Made by a program: the position numbers and the translations under genes. 64,000 bases of DNA, from NCBI GenBank assembly GCA_002633005.1, contig NMRA01000199.1:601376-665375 (forward strand), given 5' to 3'. Position 1 is the first letter of the stretch. Every line of letters begins with the position of its first letter. This document shows positions 13,701 through 28,700 of the stretch, piece by piece. A model generated the notes under the pieces. That model was not told where the DNA came from. It saw only the letters and a program-made list of their open reading frames with translations, and did not search any database. This DNA comes from Phoronis australis. Taxonomy: Eukaryota; Animalia; Phoronida.

Positions 13701-16700
13701 AAAAAATTCTGTTGATAACGCTACTGTAATCCAAGACCAAGTGTTCATGGTAGACATGTACAACAGTAAAATGTGAAAGTCATAGTCACGGGACATATGT
13801 CAAACATTTTCCCAACACGTTCCTTAAATACACACTAAAACTGAAGTTTAGTGGAAAATTATGTATATTACTAATGCATAAAGATGAAACCATTTTACAT
13901 CTGTAAAGCCAAAATATTATCCAAAGGCTATAATAGTCATACTCAAAGTGAATTCAAGAATATAAATCAGACCTTGCTTCCCTCGAGCTACAACAGGTGT
14001 CTCTTTCTGAACTAACACTTGGGAAGACAAACCAGAAGAAAATCTTTGCCAACATGTCATTCAGAAAAATAAAACATCCCACAGAAAATTTCTTTCAGAC
14101 AAACCAGTCTGCCTTAGGTAAGAATACCTCCCAGATGTTTTGTTGTTTCTTGACTCAAGATGATGGAATAAGGTTGCTGCCTGTTCAAGATGCCATTAGT
14201 CACAAATCAAATTTCCTGTAACTCAAGAGTTTGACTCAAGAAGACAGCTGATAGCTGTAAAAGGTATGGTAGATTAAGCAAAAATCAATCAGAGATAATT
14301 ATCTTTTGCACTTAATGTCTGAGATTTTCCAATGTTCAGAAAATGGATGGAGTCTAGACACAGAAGTGCTAAACTTATCACGCATCAATAGAGTGTTAGG
14401 GCTGGTTGTGTAATTACACTTAATGATTAAGTGTCACTATTACATACAATTACATAACATTTCAATATCAATTACAGACATGAGACCAGAATGTGTAGTG
14501 CATAAGTAAATATATTATCTTGTGAAGTCAGAAGACTGCTTATGGGAACAATTTTTCGATTGCGCAAAAACATATTAGCTAGTGGTGTGAAGAATTGTGA
14601 AGTCCATAATTCTGTATTCTTGCAATGTCTTTGTGTTTCCACAATAGTTTGTGCATTGTCTGTTAGTTATCAGTAATTCTGAAGGTCGAAAGATGATTTT
14701 ACTAAACTTGAACTCATTTAATTTAATTTTTGCTGGTGACTGGAAGTTTATTAGTGAGAGTGCAGTAAATACAGAATACCACAAGTCTTTTTCATTACTC
14801 ATGACCTTAAATGCAAACTCAAGTTAATTCTGGATATGCCATGTAACACAAAAAGTGAAAGACTACAGTAAACTCTCACACATTTCAGATAAATGTAAAT
14901 TCCAGAACTGATTTTTTTGTTTTTCAAATTCTAATTCTAACTTGTCGACGTCCACAGTTTCTCATAACATTGTTTAAATGGCAGCCACTGAGCTATGTTA
15001 TAGAATTTAAGTAAAAATGAAAACGTGTTCATTTGATGCCCCTTATCATTCATGAAATAATAAATTTTCACTTGCCCACAATATGGTCTCTGAAAATTGA
15101 GAGATTTTACTGCAACAGTGCCACACTGGCGTCCTACAGGCAGACAAAATTGCTCCAAGCCACAGTATTCATGTTTCACACTACAATGAGTGGGACAAAA
15201 CAACCAGGTCGCCAAACATTTTCCAGGTCATCACACCAGTATGATTGCTGTCCTTCTGAACACACTATTAGTCCAATATTTTCAACATGTCATTCAACAA
15301 GAACAAAGTTCAGTAGACGTTGTCAATGCATTCGCCACTGAGGATTGTAATTCTCTGATCTGTGACGATCTTCTGTTTCGGGAGCAAAGCAAGAAACTGA
15401 TACATTTATGTTGCAGGATTGAAGAAAAGATCTCTCAATATAATAACACAAAAAGTGCCGATACATCTATCAGGGGGACCACTTATAGCATAAGTTACAT
15501 TCTCAAATTCCCTGGCAACGAAAATTAAGAAAATGTACAAAAATAGAATAAATGTCTTCCGTTGCTTAGTAACTCATAAGGCTTCAATAACATAACAGTA
15601 AATAATCTTTGTCACCTTCACGCGACTGTTATCCACACTACAGGTCAAAAACCACACCACCGAATAAAAAGAGTCCATCCCAAATCTTACCTTTGGTTTT
15701 ATAAACTTCAGCATCGCTCTCCTGATCTAAATCCACTTCTACACGGTGAGAAAGTTGTTGATTTTACTCACAGTAACGTGACATATCACCGTCCATGCTT
15801 ATAGCAGCAATTGGCAAACCGATCTCTATGAAATAAACTTTCCTTCCATGTTTGCCCTTTCCATAGTTTAATTATTTAGTCAATCAGTTGTGCTCGTAAA
15901 ACATCAAAGCATATGGCTTTTCACACGATTTAGTACCAACGTCCATATTGTATGTTAATAAAATATTGTCCGTGCTCACCAGAAAAGCAACTCAATGTTA
16001 ACCTTATATACATCCAACAAAACACAAATCCTAAGGGAATCATCTTTGCTACCCGTAAGTATTAAGTCTAAACAAAAAGCACGTGACCAACTATCCTGCC
16101 TCGGGAAATAAGACAACGTGATTCACAACTCTCTCACTTTAATTTGCCGACGGTGGGAATTCCACTTGAACTATTTACACCTGAAGTAACCTCACGTATG
16201 ACATGTTTTTCACAATACCATGGGTAGATCACTGTCCTACTGTCAACACTCACTGTTGGCGCAGTAGTTTAATCAATCAAACGTAGGTCTTTCAATGGTA
16301 AAGGACACAAATATCATGCAGAATCATCTCCAAGTGGGCGTCAACATATCTTCACTCTTGAAATCATCAGAAAATGACTTTTTCAAGTCACATATGCGTC
16401 AGTCTCTAAAAGCAGTGCGTGTTCTTTGAGCAGTTGGGATTAAACCGCAGATGCCTTCTTTCTCGTCTACCACGACACAATTTCTTCGAGATTAGCTCAT
16501 AAGTCAAGTGTGTAAACAAGCAAGATAAAACCCATCATAAAACCTCTCTGGCTTTTTAACACACACCTTAGAAGGTAACCCGGATTCTTTGCTGATAACT
16601 GATTTATCTATTTAGCCTTAACTGCATAAACCCATTCCATTCATTTGTTATCTGGATCCAAAGTAGCTCAGTAACTTCCATACATAACCTTTTGTGACAT

Positions 16701-19700
16701 TTTACAAACCAATGCAGGTGTACCAGAAATTAGTCAACGCCATATGTTCCCAATGATTTAGTTCAGCCGATCCAAATTGAAAAGTGATAAATATTATCAC
16801 TGTTGTGTATCACATAAGTGCATTGAATGTCACATAGTGAACACATATCCTTATCCAGGCCAGCTCATCACTATCCTTCAACACAAAATGCATGTCCAGT
16901 CCTCAATCCCCTGACCACCAACTTTCTTTCCTTAGCACAATCACAAGAGAAGTGTTCGAACAAAGCCAACTGCTTGGATGCACTTATTGCAGCCCCCACA
17001 AGGGGTTTAATACTTAACATGCCGGACAGACAACATTAGCCAATCAGACAATGAGAATTATCCTCTGAACAGGTGACCTCACATGAAATTATTTCATCCG
17101 AATGCGCGCAACAGTCACTTATGAATCAATACAATGGAGACAGTCTAGTGTTATTAGAAAAATCAATGATTTAATAATTTCCTCTGACAATTGTGACCCG
17201 AAATAAAAATGTCGGGATTACATTAATACCCTTGAGGTAGTTTTGTCTCAACAAGCAGTAACTACATATGAAAGCGCAGACTTCCATAGCAGGTAGTCAT
17301 AGGGCAGCACTTCATTAACACATAATTTAGTTAGTTATTGAGACAAGCATATGTATCCAGCACAGAATCCCTTATTATTTTCACTTTTTTATGTTAAAGC
17401 AATTACTACAAAGTTAAAACATTTTCAAAACATTCAAACAACTCATGACAATGGTGGGCTTTTGTCAGCAACAAATCTCGTTAGTTTTATTTTGAAAAAG
17501 CATTTGGAAATTTCTAAGAGTGAGGAGTACGCTTAATAATGTATTTAAAACTATAATATAATATTCTGAAAATATGAGCAAATTCATAATATTGTTAAAA
17601 GACCTTGAAAATGAAAACGGTGCTTTTGGCAATTCTTGTCAAAAATAATTGGGCACTTAGCCACGATACTGTCCTGCTCTTAACAAAGTTGTGAGAAGTT
17701 CGAAAGAAAACTCACCAAAATAGCAGCCACGGTGGGATAGGCCATCTATAGACACTTGATCTCGCACAATACGTAACAGCAAGAACTTACAATCTTTGTA
17801 GTTGACGTAAAACCTCCATTTCACTTTAGACCTACGTCTGCTTTAGTCACGAAAGTAACAAATAATATACGTTGTTATTTTAATACCAATCTTTGAATGC
17901 ATGGTAAGCGCAGGGGAACGTACCTATTCATGGCAGCTTGAAAATGTAATCTTAGCATGTTTTGTATAAGGATAGGAACTTTATCAGTTGTCAAGTACAC
18001 TAGTCGATAAACAAACATTAATTAGATTGAAAGGTGCAAGTCTGTGTATAAGCATTCAGTATGTAAAGGAATTCAAATTATGTCAGTGAAACTTTTGAAA
18101 GTCCAAGCAGATGAATTATTGAACTGAAAGTGAATTTTTTGATAACCAAAAATCATGTTTTGTAATTAATGAAAGGAGAGGGGCCTTTACATGTTATTGT
18201 TCCCTACACGAGAATTTAAAAAGAATAACCCCAGTTGAGTTTTTGTTTACAGTCCATCTGTCAATGAATGCATGAAGTCTTCAGCTCAGGCGATATTTCC
18301 GTGTCATTTCACTACTTATGAGCACTAAAAAAGCCATTAAATCAGCTGACAACAGTTCATCAAAATACGATGCAAGTTTATGTGCAATTAAAGTTACTTG
18401 TGACTACGATATAGCCAGTTTCAAACATGCTGGTGTTGGTTATGATGGATGCACTTGTCAGCCAAAATGTATCCTAATTTGGCGAGCTTTTATTATATTG
18501 ATTTCTTAAAATTTTTAATAATTGAAAAGCACCGTCCAACAGATCTCAAATCACAAGCAGTAACATGGCTATGACTAGTTTGAATACGCAATTGTCTCAC
18601 ATTAATTTCCCCTGCTCCCAAAGTTGATTAAGCGTTCACACAATTTCAAAATGTAATATTGATAAGTGGCACAAGGTAAATGGTGTTCCCACAGTCGTTA
18701 ACACTTAGCAGAACCAGAACACAAAAGGTGTCAAAGTGTAATAGTGTAACCAGTCAGCAAATCGAGGGCAATCCTTGTTAAAACTATAGCGCAGATCTTG
18801 TTCTATGACAGATCACGTCGTGTCGCAGAGCTCAAGGCGTGGTTAAGTGTTCACCATGACATTTTTAATTCTGATTTTGCCACAGGAGCAGGATGGAGTG
18901 CTACAATTTTCAAGAACAAGTTGAACAAAAACGTGTCAAAATTCGTCAAGCTTCATTGAACTTGTGTCAAAATTCTAGAAGAAATTTAAAAAATTACCAA
19001 TTATTTGGCATTTTTACACACAGCATTTTCTGTGGGTGAAATTGGTGAGAATGGTAATTTCTAATTATTTCGCACAGAAATTTACATCGTCAAAATTCTT
19101 TTTCATCAAAGTTTCTATAATTCACTGAAAATACTAGAAACTGTACCAAGTGTTGTTTTGTGTTATCTACACAGTGCAGAAGTTTTGAAAATAAACTGGA
19201 CAGACTTAGAACTTTGTCAAACTCTAAAACACTGTTAGAAATTGTTTTAGATATTTTACTTTCGCATGAGGAGATATCAAAAGTAGGACATTTTATGACT
19301 TTTGTGAAAAATGTCACAACGAAACCAAAGTACTGGTTAGAAAACCGCTTATTTTAGATTTCATTTTGAGCAGTATTATCAAACAAAATTTGCCATCATT
19401 GTTTTGCTGTGAATGTACATTTTTTGCTAAATTTTACTGAAAACACATGGTCACATGACCCACTCAATGGGTATAAAGTTAAAAAAAAGTTCTAAAGACC
19501 ATCTACTTTCTGAAAATATAGATTTTTACCAAGATAAAATCCATAGTTTTGAATATATTTGACTAAATACACCTACTTGTTTGTAGCTTAGCGTCTATGT
19601 AACCTTAAGTCTGGGTTGCTTGAAGAAAAGTAGGGTATGGGTGGGTTTTGACCCCACACATACAGCGGTGAAAATGGTGTTTGGGGTTAAGTATACGCTT

Positions 19701-22700
19701 TGCAATCTACACACAAAAATCCTCTTGTCATATCCTTAAACTGTACATACCACACAACTCTATGGTTATTCTTACAACTGAACAGTTCAATATAAATACA
19801 CTGAATCAAACTGGTACCTATGGATTAGCATTCTTGATCAGCAGTTACGTAATAACAGATGTAATGAAAACTTACTTTAACCCATAAGTATCTGCTTGCA
19901 GACATCTTGACAGTGTCACCAATTGGAGTGCAAAATTCGTTATAATCTTCCACTAAGTCACTTTGGACTCCACACATTTAAGTATGACATAAGTTTCGCA
20001 TAAAGCTGTCAGAATCACAGCTCCGCTAATAACCAGTGCTGAAGGGAAGCCAATCCTGTTAAAATCCTGACTTGTACCACAAGAATGGCCACACATCCAA
20101 ACTCCATTGGCAGATGAAATGAGAATTTTCGCAACATCAGTTTGCATCAGTCAACAGCACTTTACTCAACAAAGGAGTGCTAATGTGTGTGTCAATAGGC
20201 ATTATACTACAATGAAACTTGACCTGGAGCTATTGTTATTGATAAACTTTATAATTAATATTACACCATACAGGCTTGCAGTGGGTCAGGGTTACTGTGA
20301 ATAAACTTTGGTCTAGACAAGAATACCTTGAATTGTGTAGTACAGTGTTAAGCTGGCTTATGCAAATAAACAAAAGGTAATTCTGAGTAGGCAACACAGG
20401 AAAAGCAAATATTTAAGATGAAAACATTTCTTGGCTTTCAACAATGATGAATCAGTTGTAAAAGACTTGTGCAGCCAACTAAAGTAAAAATACCCAAAGC
20501 AGAGAAAGTCAACTTGCGTGGTTCAGAGACTATTGAGTTTCCTAATATTATTTATTTGTTTATTTATTTTTGTGGCATGGATTCACAGGTAAACATAACT
20601 AACTGTTTAAACATAAGAATATAAGACAAATATGAATATCCTCAACCACACGAGCTTATATGTCACCTCATTAATATTATATGTAATATGAAACAAAATT
20701 ACGCAAGACATTGCAGCTAATTTTTCTTTGGTAACAGGGCAGTTTATTCAACAAATAACTGTAAATATTCTATAAAATCACAAAGCTTCTACAGTAAAAA
20801 TAATATTTACTGATGGTTGCTAAAAACTAAATAATGTGGAATGGCTTCCATGCTGTGATTTACTTGAATTATACAGGTGACAGGTGTAGGTAAAGTGGAC
20901 TATTCTTGATACGAACTGTTAAATACTCCATCTATATGACAAGAGACTTTTTAAGATGTTGAACTTAAAGAGACACAAAGAAATGTCATAATTGTTGAAA
21001 GTTATTAACTTCTAAAAATTATTCAACCACAATGTTTTACCTGGAAATGGAAAAAATTCATCGCAGCTCAGTAAAAATATTTTTTGTTTAATTAACTTTT
21101 GTAACGCCTCATTGCAAATGAAAATGAGACTAATAAAGAACTTTTTTCGCAATGAAACTACTTTTGAAAAGTAATTCTTATAATTACAAGAAATAAAACC
21201 AAAAATGTCCGAAAGTTTGAAAGTGTTAACATCAGTTGTTATGGAATGTTGAGAGTTGTCACACAACACACAAACACACAAGCTTTTAAAACGAAAAATG
21301 TCAGAACAAACCCACAAAAATTTAAGATGGAGCCCCTTTTAAAAAGTAAGTCGGCTGTCCTTTGAAACCAACAAACGAATACAACAAGTTTTCCAAGAAA
21401 GAACATAAAAATATCAACCAAGACTGACTTACCACGTATGAGGAGCGAGGGTAGTCACTGTCAGCACTATAGTAACTGTATTCATCTGGGCCCAGGTCGA
21501 GAGCGGGATTGTCAAACATCTGACCACCATACTTCTTAGCCACAGGCTGGGGTCGTTTGGCAGGAACAGGGGGTAGCAGAAGCTCTCCGTCTTCATAGTC
21601 CTGGAACGATATCTTCTTATTAGCGACAAGGAAGGTATTTCATTGACGTTTTGTAGATAACACGTGAATGTTCATTTCTGCAATTGCCTAAAGCAACTCC
21701 GAGTCAAAACCAATCAATAGGTGCAAAATTTCATTTAAAAATTTTGTCTCTGTCATTTAATGTAGGTGACTGCAGCTTTGATGCACAAATGTATCAAGGT
21801 TTTAGGTAGGAACCTAGTGAGAAAGCAAACTAAGAGACTATAAGTGCAGGGATTAGATTCTTTTGAGAGTGTGCTAAGCTAACATGAGCATAGCCACTGT
21901 GAAATCTTAAAAGGATTATTTAGATTTCATAAAGAAATTGGACAAGATTAGCAACACTCGACACAAATATATACAAGACAAGCATTATCAGTTTGGGACA
22001 GTGAGAAATTACTTATTTTGCTCATGGTTGGAGCTTGAACCAAATTTTAGAATTAGGTAATATCGGGCCATTCCAAACTCAAAAACTATTCGCAGACTCG
22101 GTTAATCCAAAACACATTGTCTGCAATTTGAGAAACATGACAAACGGCAAAATCACCGAAGTCAGAAACAAGAAAATTTAATTCCGTCTTGATTTTGCCG
22201 TCCGAAATTTTAGAGATGCCTAATCTGTAGAATTTTACTGTCCACTCTCTATTTTGGAACGGCACCAAATGTTATTACGGCTATTCTTAGTTGCAATTCA
22301 ATATAACAGTCACATGTGAAAAGCTTATTTATGTCACAGGTGTTCACAAACTAATAGTACATTTAGAATAAAAGCGAGTCGGCACCAATACAGCCGTGAA
22401 ATGACTGATCGTGCAGCAATTTTCCACTTATTTCGCACAAAAATAATTGCCAAAGTTGTTATTTTTCATTTTTCAAAGGCCTATTACTTTGTTACATATT
22501 ATTGAAATTTACTAAATATTGTTTTATATTATCTAGGTAATACAAACCATGTTAGCAATACACTAAATTTTTCTTTGTTCATATTCTATGGGTAAATTTA
22601 ACAAAATAGAATTTTACTTGTCAGCCATATTGTATGCTAAATCAATGAATAAACATGGTAACCGGATGAGCCTTAATGACACTAGCTTTGGAAGTAATCA

Positions 22701-25700
22701 GTCAAAAACTAATGTCCTTCTGCTTGACAGTCCATCTTATTTTGATTGTTTAGTAATTCTTGATATCAGCAATTCACTCCATCATTTCTGTCAACATTTA
22801 AGCTGGCATTTTGTTTTAAAAACAGTTAAAGTTTAATACCACTCATACCACTGCCATTTTGAAAACCATTATTTTGATTCGTGTTTCAGGTACGAACACT
22901 CTGTTTTGGTTCTTCAGTGTGGTGACGTAGTGTTCCTGTTATTACCGGTACACAAAACAATAAAAATCCTTTCACACTGCCTCCGAAGCTTCGGTGTTGC
23001 TGAAGATTCGGTCAATGGGAACACTTAACTTCGATTTTGAAACAAAGTTAACAGCGCAAGTTAACTACGAAGCAGCCTTAATGTGTTTGGATCGGCTGTG
23101 AGCCAGTAGTGGTCAGGAGTCAATCTTTTTAATATGTCTTTTTATAGTACATCGTCATCATCCCAACATGGCAACCGTTGGATGCCTTGTGAAGTTGACA
23201 TGATTATAGTTCCTATCTAGGTGGGATTAAGAGGGAGAGTACCTTGCCATTTTTGATGGCAAGCACTGTCAAAAATAGCAAGACCATATTATTGCCGTCT
23301 TGTGATAATTTTGCTGAACTACAACTCCGAAGGTGATGGGAACACTCTGACGCTTAACTTCGCTTCAGCAGAGGTGAAGTTAACTGTATGGAAGAGCCTT
23401 AATATTTTCACCAGCACAAACTTGATTTATTCCAGTATGAAGTATGCGGCCTTGGCTTGACATGATATGTGCGGAAAGTGTATGAAATTTTTTGCCTCTC
23501 GTAAGGTATTTTCATGAAAAGATAACTATGTTGACAAGCCCAACGGTCGAGGCTGGGCAACTTCACTAGTTTGCGTACCTCAAAGTCTGTCGCAATGATC
23601 AAAGACACTATGCTGTTGTAGTTAATTACATCGCCCCAGGTCGCTGATATTCATTGTTCTCAAGATGGTCAGACCCATCATAAACACACTCAGTCTGGGG
23701 TGACAATAGTATTTTTCAACATATATTTCAATAATTCATGAAAAGTACATGTAATTAGGTATTTGAATTTTGAAAATAGGACAAGAAATGAGACTTTTAC
23801 AACTGAAAACGTTTGTATAATGTTGATATATTATGTTCCTGATTAAAACTGCTGTGTGCTGCAACATAATTGGACCATTTACCAAAGCACCAAGCAGCAG
23901 TTGGATTTTGAGGTAAGCCAAGTGTCATCATACAATCCTAAGCATGTTGGTGGGAACTTCCGCCTGCTCACCGTGTAGTAGGAAATTTGTAATATTCATA
24001 CATTGCCTAGATCAGATGATTATTTCTGCATAAAGGTTTTGTATCCAGACAGCTCAATGTCTGAGGGTACCTAGTAATCATCAACTGAGGGATCGTGACA
24101 TTTTACTGTGCTTAGAATCCATTTCGAAGTGGCACTGATTAAAGTAATGAATCTACACAAAAAAGAATTGTTAAAATTGTCATTTTCCTATTTTTCAAAG
24201 GACTTTACTACCTAATCCTACAAATAATGAGAATTTTACTGAGTGCCCAATGTCAGTTGCACAGCTCAAACTATGAGAAAGTTATGACAAAATGAAATTC
24301 CAGGGTGAGTGCTAAGCAATTGATCTGAAGTTTATAGCCATATTATGAATGCCAATTCCTATAGGTTTTCATGGGAATTCATTGGTTTCTTCAAGATAAC
24401 AATTACTCACCTCGCTGCAGATACCATTTCAGAAAAATGCAGACATGGCCGGCACAATTGAACCAATATAGCCTCAAATTTATGGGTCACTTTAAAGGAT
24501 TTATAGGTCAACACTGCTAATTGTGTTATTATGGGCATTTCAAACCCTAGGTGGATTTACGGGGTCAGGCAGCCTGACCTTCTACCAAAAATGACCAAAC
24601 AAACTGTGATGGCATACCATTTTAGGACTATCGCCACAAACCACAGTGTGTCACTTACAATTTCAATGTGCCAGTGATGCTCTTGAAATAATTTTGGCAC
24701 TCAAACATAATGAAAAGTATTAAAAATCATACTAAAAATTGACTGGTGAAGACTCACCTTTGGTTATACAGAAAGTCATGCACTCAAATTTCAATTTTCC
24801 TTCAGAACCACATTTGGAGTTAAATTTTGTCCTTTTTGATATCTTTGCCCTTCAAAAACTAAAGTTGGGTTAGTTAGAAATTGAATTAATGATTAAAACA
24901 TGCACTTGCTGACTGGGTTTTAGATATTAGCTTTTAGCACATACTAGCTGTTTACATTAACTATTAGCTATACAACTAAGTGTTACCTGCTGATCAATAC
25001 TGACACCTATTGGTGGAGTATTTAGTAAATTCTTTAATCTTTCCTCAACTGTGAATGGCTGTGCCTGCTGGTGCTGGAGACAAAAGCAACAGTGGGTTAG
25101 TCAGAAGCAACCAAGCGTTATGGTAAAAACCACTCTCAGTGTTATGGTTAACAACACGGTAAGGATGTTTCAAAGTGCAATAGACACTATAGCTATATGT
25201 ACCAATCCCTTATAGCAGGACCTCTGAAACTGGCTGTCTGAGGCCGAAAGCAAGGGGTCTGCGACTCCTCAAATGGGTGTTACTTTAATTCAAACAGGGC
25301 ATCATGGGGACTTATCTAGAACTAATTTGCAAGTATCCACATGAGACCAAAATTCCATGAATGCGAGTAGTCCGGATCACGTACTTTGTGCTACTAGTGA
25401 TCATACATTTTCCAGTATCGCCAGTGAATTTTAAGCCTCCCATTGACCTTTCTACTGATAGCAAGACATCGTATTAACTTTACAAGTAATTGTCGGTTAG
25501 CAGTCATCTCGACCAGCGTGGCCTGTGAATTACCAACAGATGGGGATCTACGATGTGTAGAGATCACTTCAAGAAATACTTCAAGCAGCCAGATGTTCAG
25601 TTTATCATAGATATAAGTAAACAGATAACTATTCAAAATCAACAACAGCCAGCTTACCGATCAGTTGCCTGCCGAACACTTACTGGATTGTGGATTAGGA

Positions 25701-28700
25701 GGCTGCGTATCCCATAAACCTATGCTACAAAATATACACAGCATCGATTTTCCCTCTATCCATAGAAAAGTTTTAACTTTTCTATGGATATATTAAAATA
25801 TGCAACCTGTGAAGAGACTTGCAAACGATGCATTGTATTTGGGGCAGCAATGATAGTCATGGTTCCCAAAGGGGTTGCAGCCACCAGAAACTTGGGTACC
25901 CATGCTTCTGGCAGCTCCCGCCCCCCCTCCCCCGTACAGATGGAGGGGAGTTAATACACTTACCTGTGTAACTTGCTGACCATTTACAAATGCTCTTGGG
26001 ACTCCACTGGCAATGTCATGGTGATGACTTAGTTCAGAACTGTTCCCATGGCTGTCGTTCTTTAACAGTCTGTGTCGAGCTTTGGACGTTCTGTAGGAAA
26101 CATCTGCCAGCAGTAACTGTCGTTTCTCATTTGAAACATGTTGTGTCACACCTCTGTTGTCAAACTCAGTCGTTGACTGTAACAATCATAAACAGTCCAC
26201 ATATGTAATAAAGATATCTGCTCCTTTGCAAAGTCAAGAAACAGGCAGCCTTTCACACATGGTATGGTCTGTGTGTGCACTTTTCCCAACAGAGACACGA
26301 ATCCATTTGAGGTTGATCATACATGAGATAGTAAACTGTATATATATTTTTTAATGTATTCAGTGTAAAAATGTATGAACATCAAGCAATCGGCTGCAAA
26401 GCAATGATGACAAAAAATATTCAAAGTATAATAACACCAGGTGTGTCAAAAACGATTTGATTATTTGGACAATTTGAAGTTACAAAACTTGGACACGGCT
26501 GAATGATTTCTAGACTCGAGAAAAACTGATAGATTAATTCTTATTGCTTCAAACTACAGTCTTATTAAGTTGCCAAATTTTCACAACAGGTTAGTTTCAG
26601 TCGTCAAGGCAATATGGCTGCTCAGAGAAGTTGAAGCGATTTATCATACTCAAATTCAATTTCAACACAGGATGAGTAGTATGCTATGATGATGCTGCAT
26701 TTGGAAGACCAAACACGCATGTGGAAATTGTGATGTTCTATCACCGGAACATGCGTTTTTAAGATTGTTAAAACTTGTATGTATCTCGTGGAAATTCAAC
26801 TCCTTATGCATCTGAAGCAATAACTGCAATCTGCAGAACGGAAAAATAGAAGCAAAAATAATGAAAATGGCCTCTTGGGATACCAAAGTCATTGTCAATG
26901 AATTGATTAAAAAGTGATAACGTGCTGTAGTCTCCTTAATGACAAACCTATTGGCCAAATTTCATGAAAATAAGATTTCCGAAAATCTTATTCATGAGCC
27001 ACTCTGGTATACTCATCAATTAGAATGAACAAAAAATCCTTTTTAAAGTCATAGAATGGCAGAGGAGTAAGATTTGTATACAATATAATGGATAATGATG
27101 GACATTTTTCATACTACACACATTTTGTAAAAAGATTTACTTTAGACCTCTGGTAACAATACTTTTCATGGACTCGGGAAAGCAACATTGTCCATCTGGG
27201 TTTGTGATAGAAATTCAACAAGTGTTGTCCTATACATCTAACACATTTTCCGTAAGTGTAAAACAGATGACAAAAATAATAAAGGATATGTGTAGATTAG
27301 TGTATGATAGATTCATTCGTAATATGAAGAATAAACTGATATCACAGGATGAGTAGATTTCTGAAATTGGTAATGAATTAGCTATCGGCTGGAAAACAGA
27401 GTACTTAAAAATAATTTTTCTCAAGATGTTAAACAAAATGAAGATGGTAGCAGTATTGACTAGTACATAGAGTCTAATAATGTACAAATTCATATCTTTA
27501 TAAAATAGGTGTCTGGGAGTCTTTTGCTTGAAAATTTTGTAAACAAGCCACAGAAACTTGGACACATTTATTTCTGTATATTGAATTTATTAGTACTTTT
27601 TGGGAAGACGTTTCTAAACTTTGCTTCAATGATAAAGATGAAACAGCAATGAACGCTAGTGTTCTTTTTTGTTATGCACTTTTCTTCTAGCAAAATACCA
27701 CATATATCGTCAAGATTGTGGGTGCCTTAGCATCTATTTATGCTTTTGCAAATATTTTGAAACAAACCTAGTATTGCAGATATTAATAGTGTTGTCAGAT
27801 TCTATTGGAGATCACTTACTTCCATCTGACCACACTATCAATATCTGCAATACTAGAGTTCTCAGAGGCGGGTCAACGGAGGAGGTTCATGGGGTTTAAA
27901 CCCCCCTGGGACAGGATCAAAAATACAAATTAAAAACCTTTTCCAAGAAAATGAAATGAGCTACAAAAACCAAAAAAAAATCTTACACAAGATGGAAGGA
28001 ACCCCCTTCCGACCTCTCCTCACTCGGTGCTACACGCCTCCGACTCGCGCGAATCCTAAACCCCCTTACTGAAAATGTAGATCTGTCACTGGTTCTATCC
28101 AGGGAGGACCACTGGCACTCCCACAAGACCAGAGAGGCCATTCACAACAGTACAACCCCCCACTCAACCGTGACCAGGGACTACAACTCCTACGGTGTTA
28201 CTTCCGGTTCAACAACGGGGGGGGGGAAGATCAGTCATGTGATCAAGGGCCTGAGCTGCAGGCTCAAAACATTTTGCGTACCTAACTTACAGTCTTCTAT
28301 CATTTTTACCATCATCACAGAAGACAACGATGAATTATGAACACTTTTAACCGGGACAAAATATGTCTTTTTAAACATATTTCATACCTGGGATGGCCAG
28401 ATTTCTTTAACAATTTACAAATGAAATATTGACAAATGGCTACTTAACTTGATTTAGATCACTTACTTCCATGATAACGTTGATCTGAGAAGTGGCTTCT
28501 GGGCTTGGAAAATGACAATTTGTTATTGATGACAGAAGGTACTGTCAAGCCATTTTACTATTGTAGCAATCTTCTCAAAATTCCTTCCAAAGTATGCATG
28601 CAGCCACTATTAAGAAGTTTTATGTGGACAAACGGGAACATATTGTTGCTGAAAACTTTAATTCCCTCATCAAACCAAGAAGGTGAGTCACAATGTGTTT

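Noticed and set aside
13272-15528. Plus-strand intronic ORFs (114, 102 and 112 aa) as a nested gene
   Set aside because: No splice or domain support; expected by chance.
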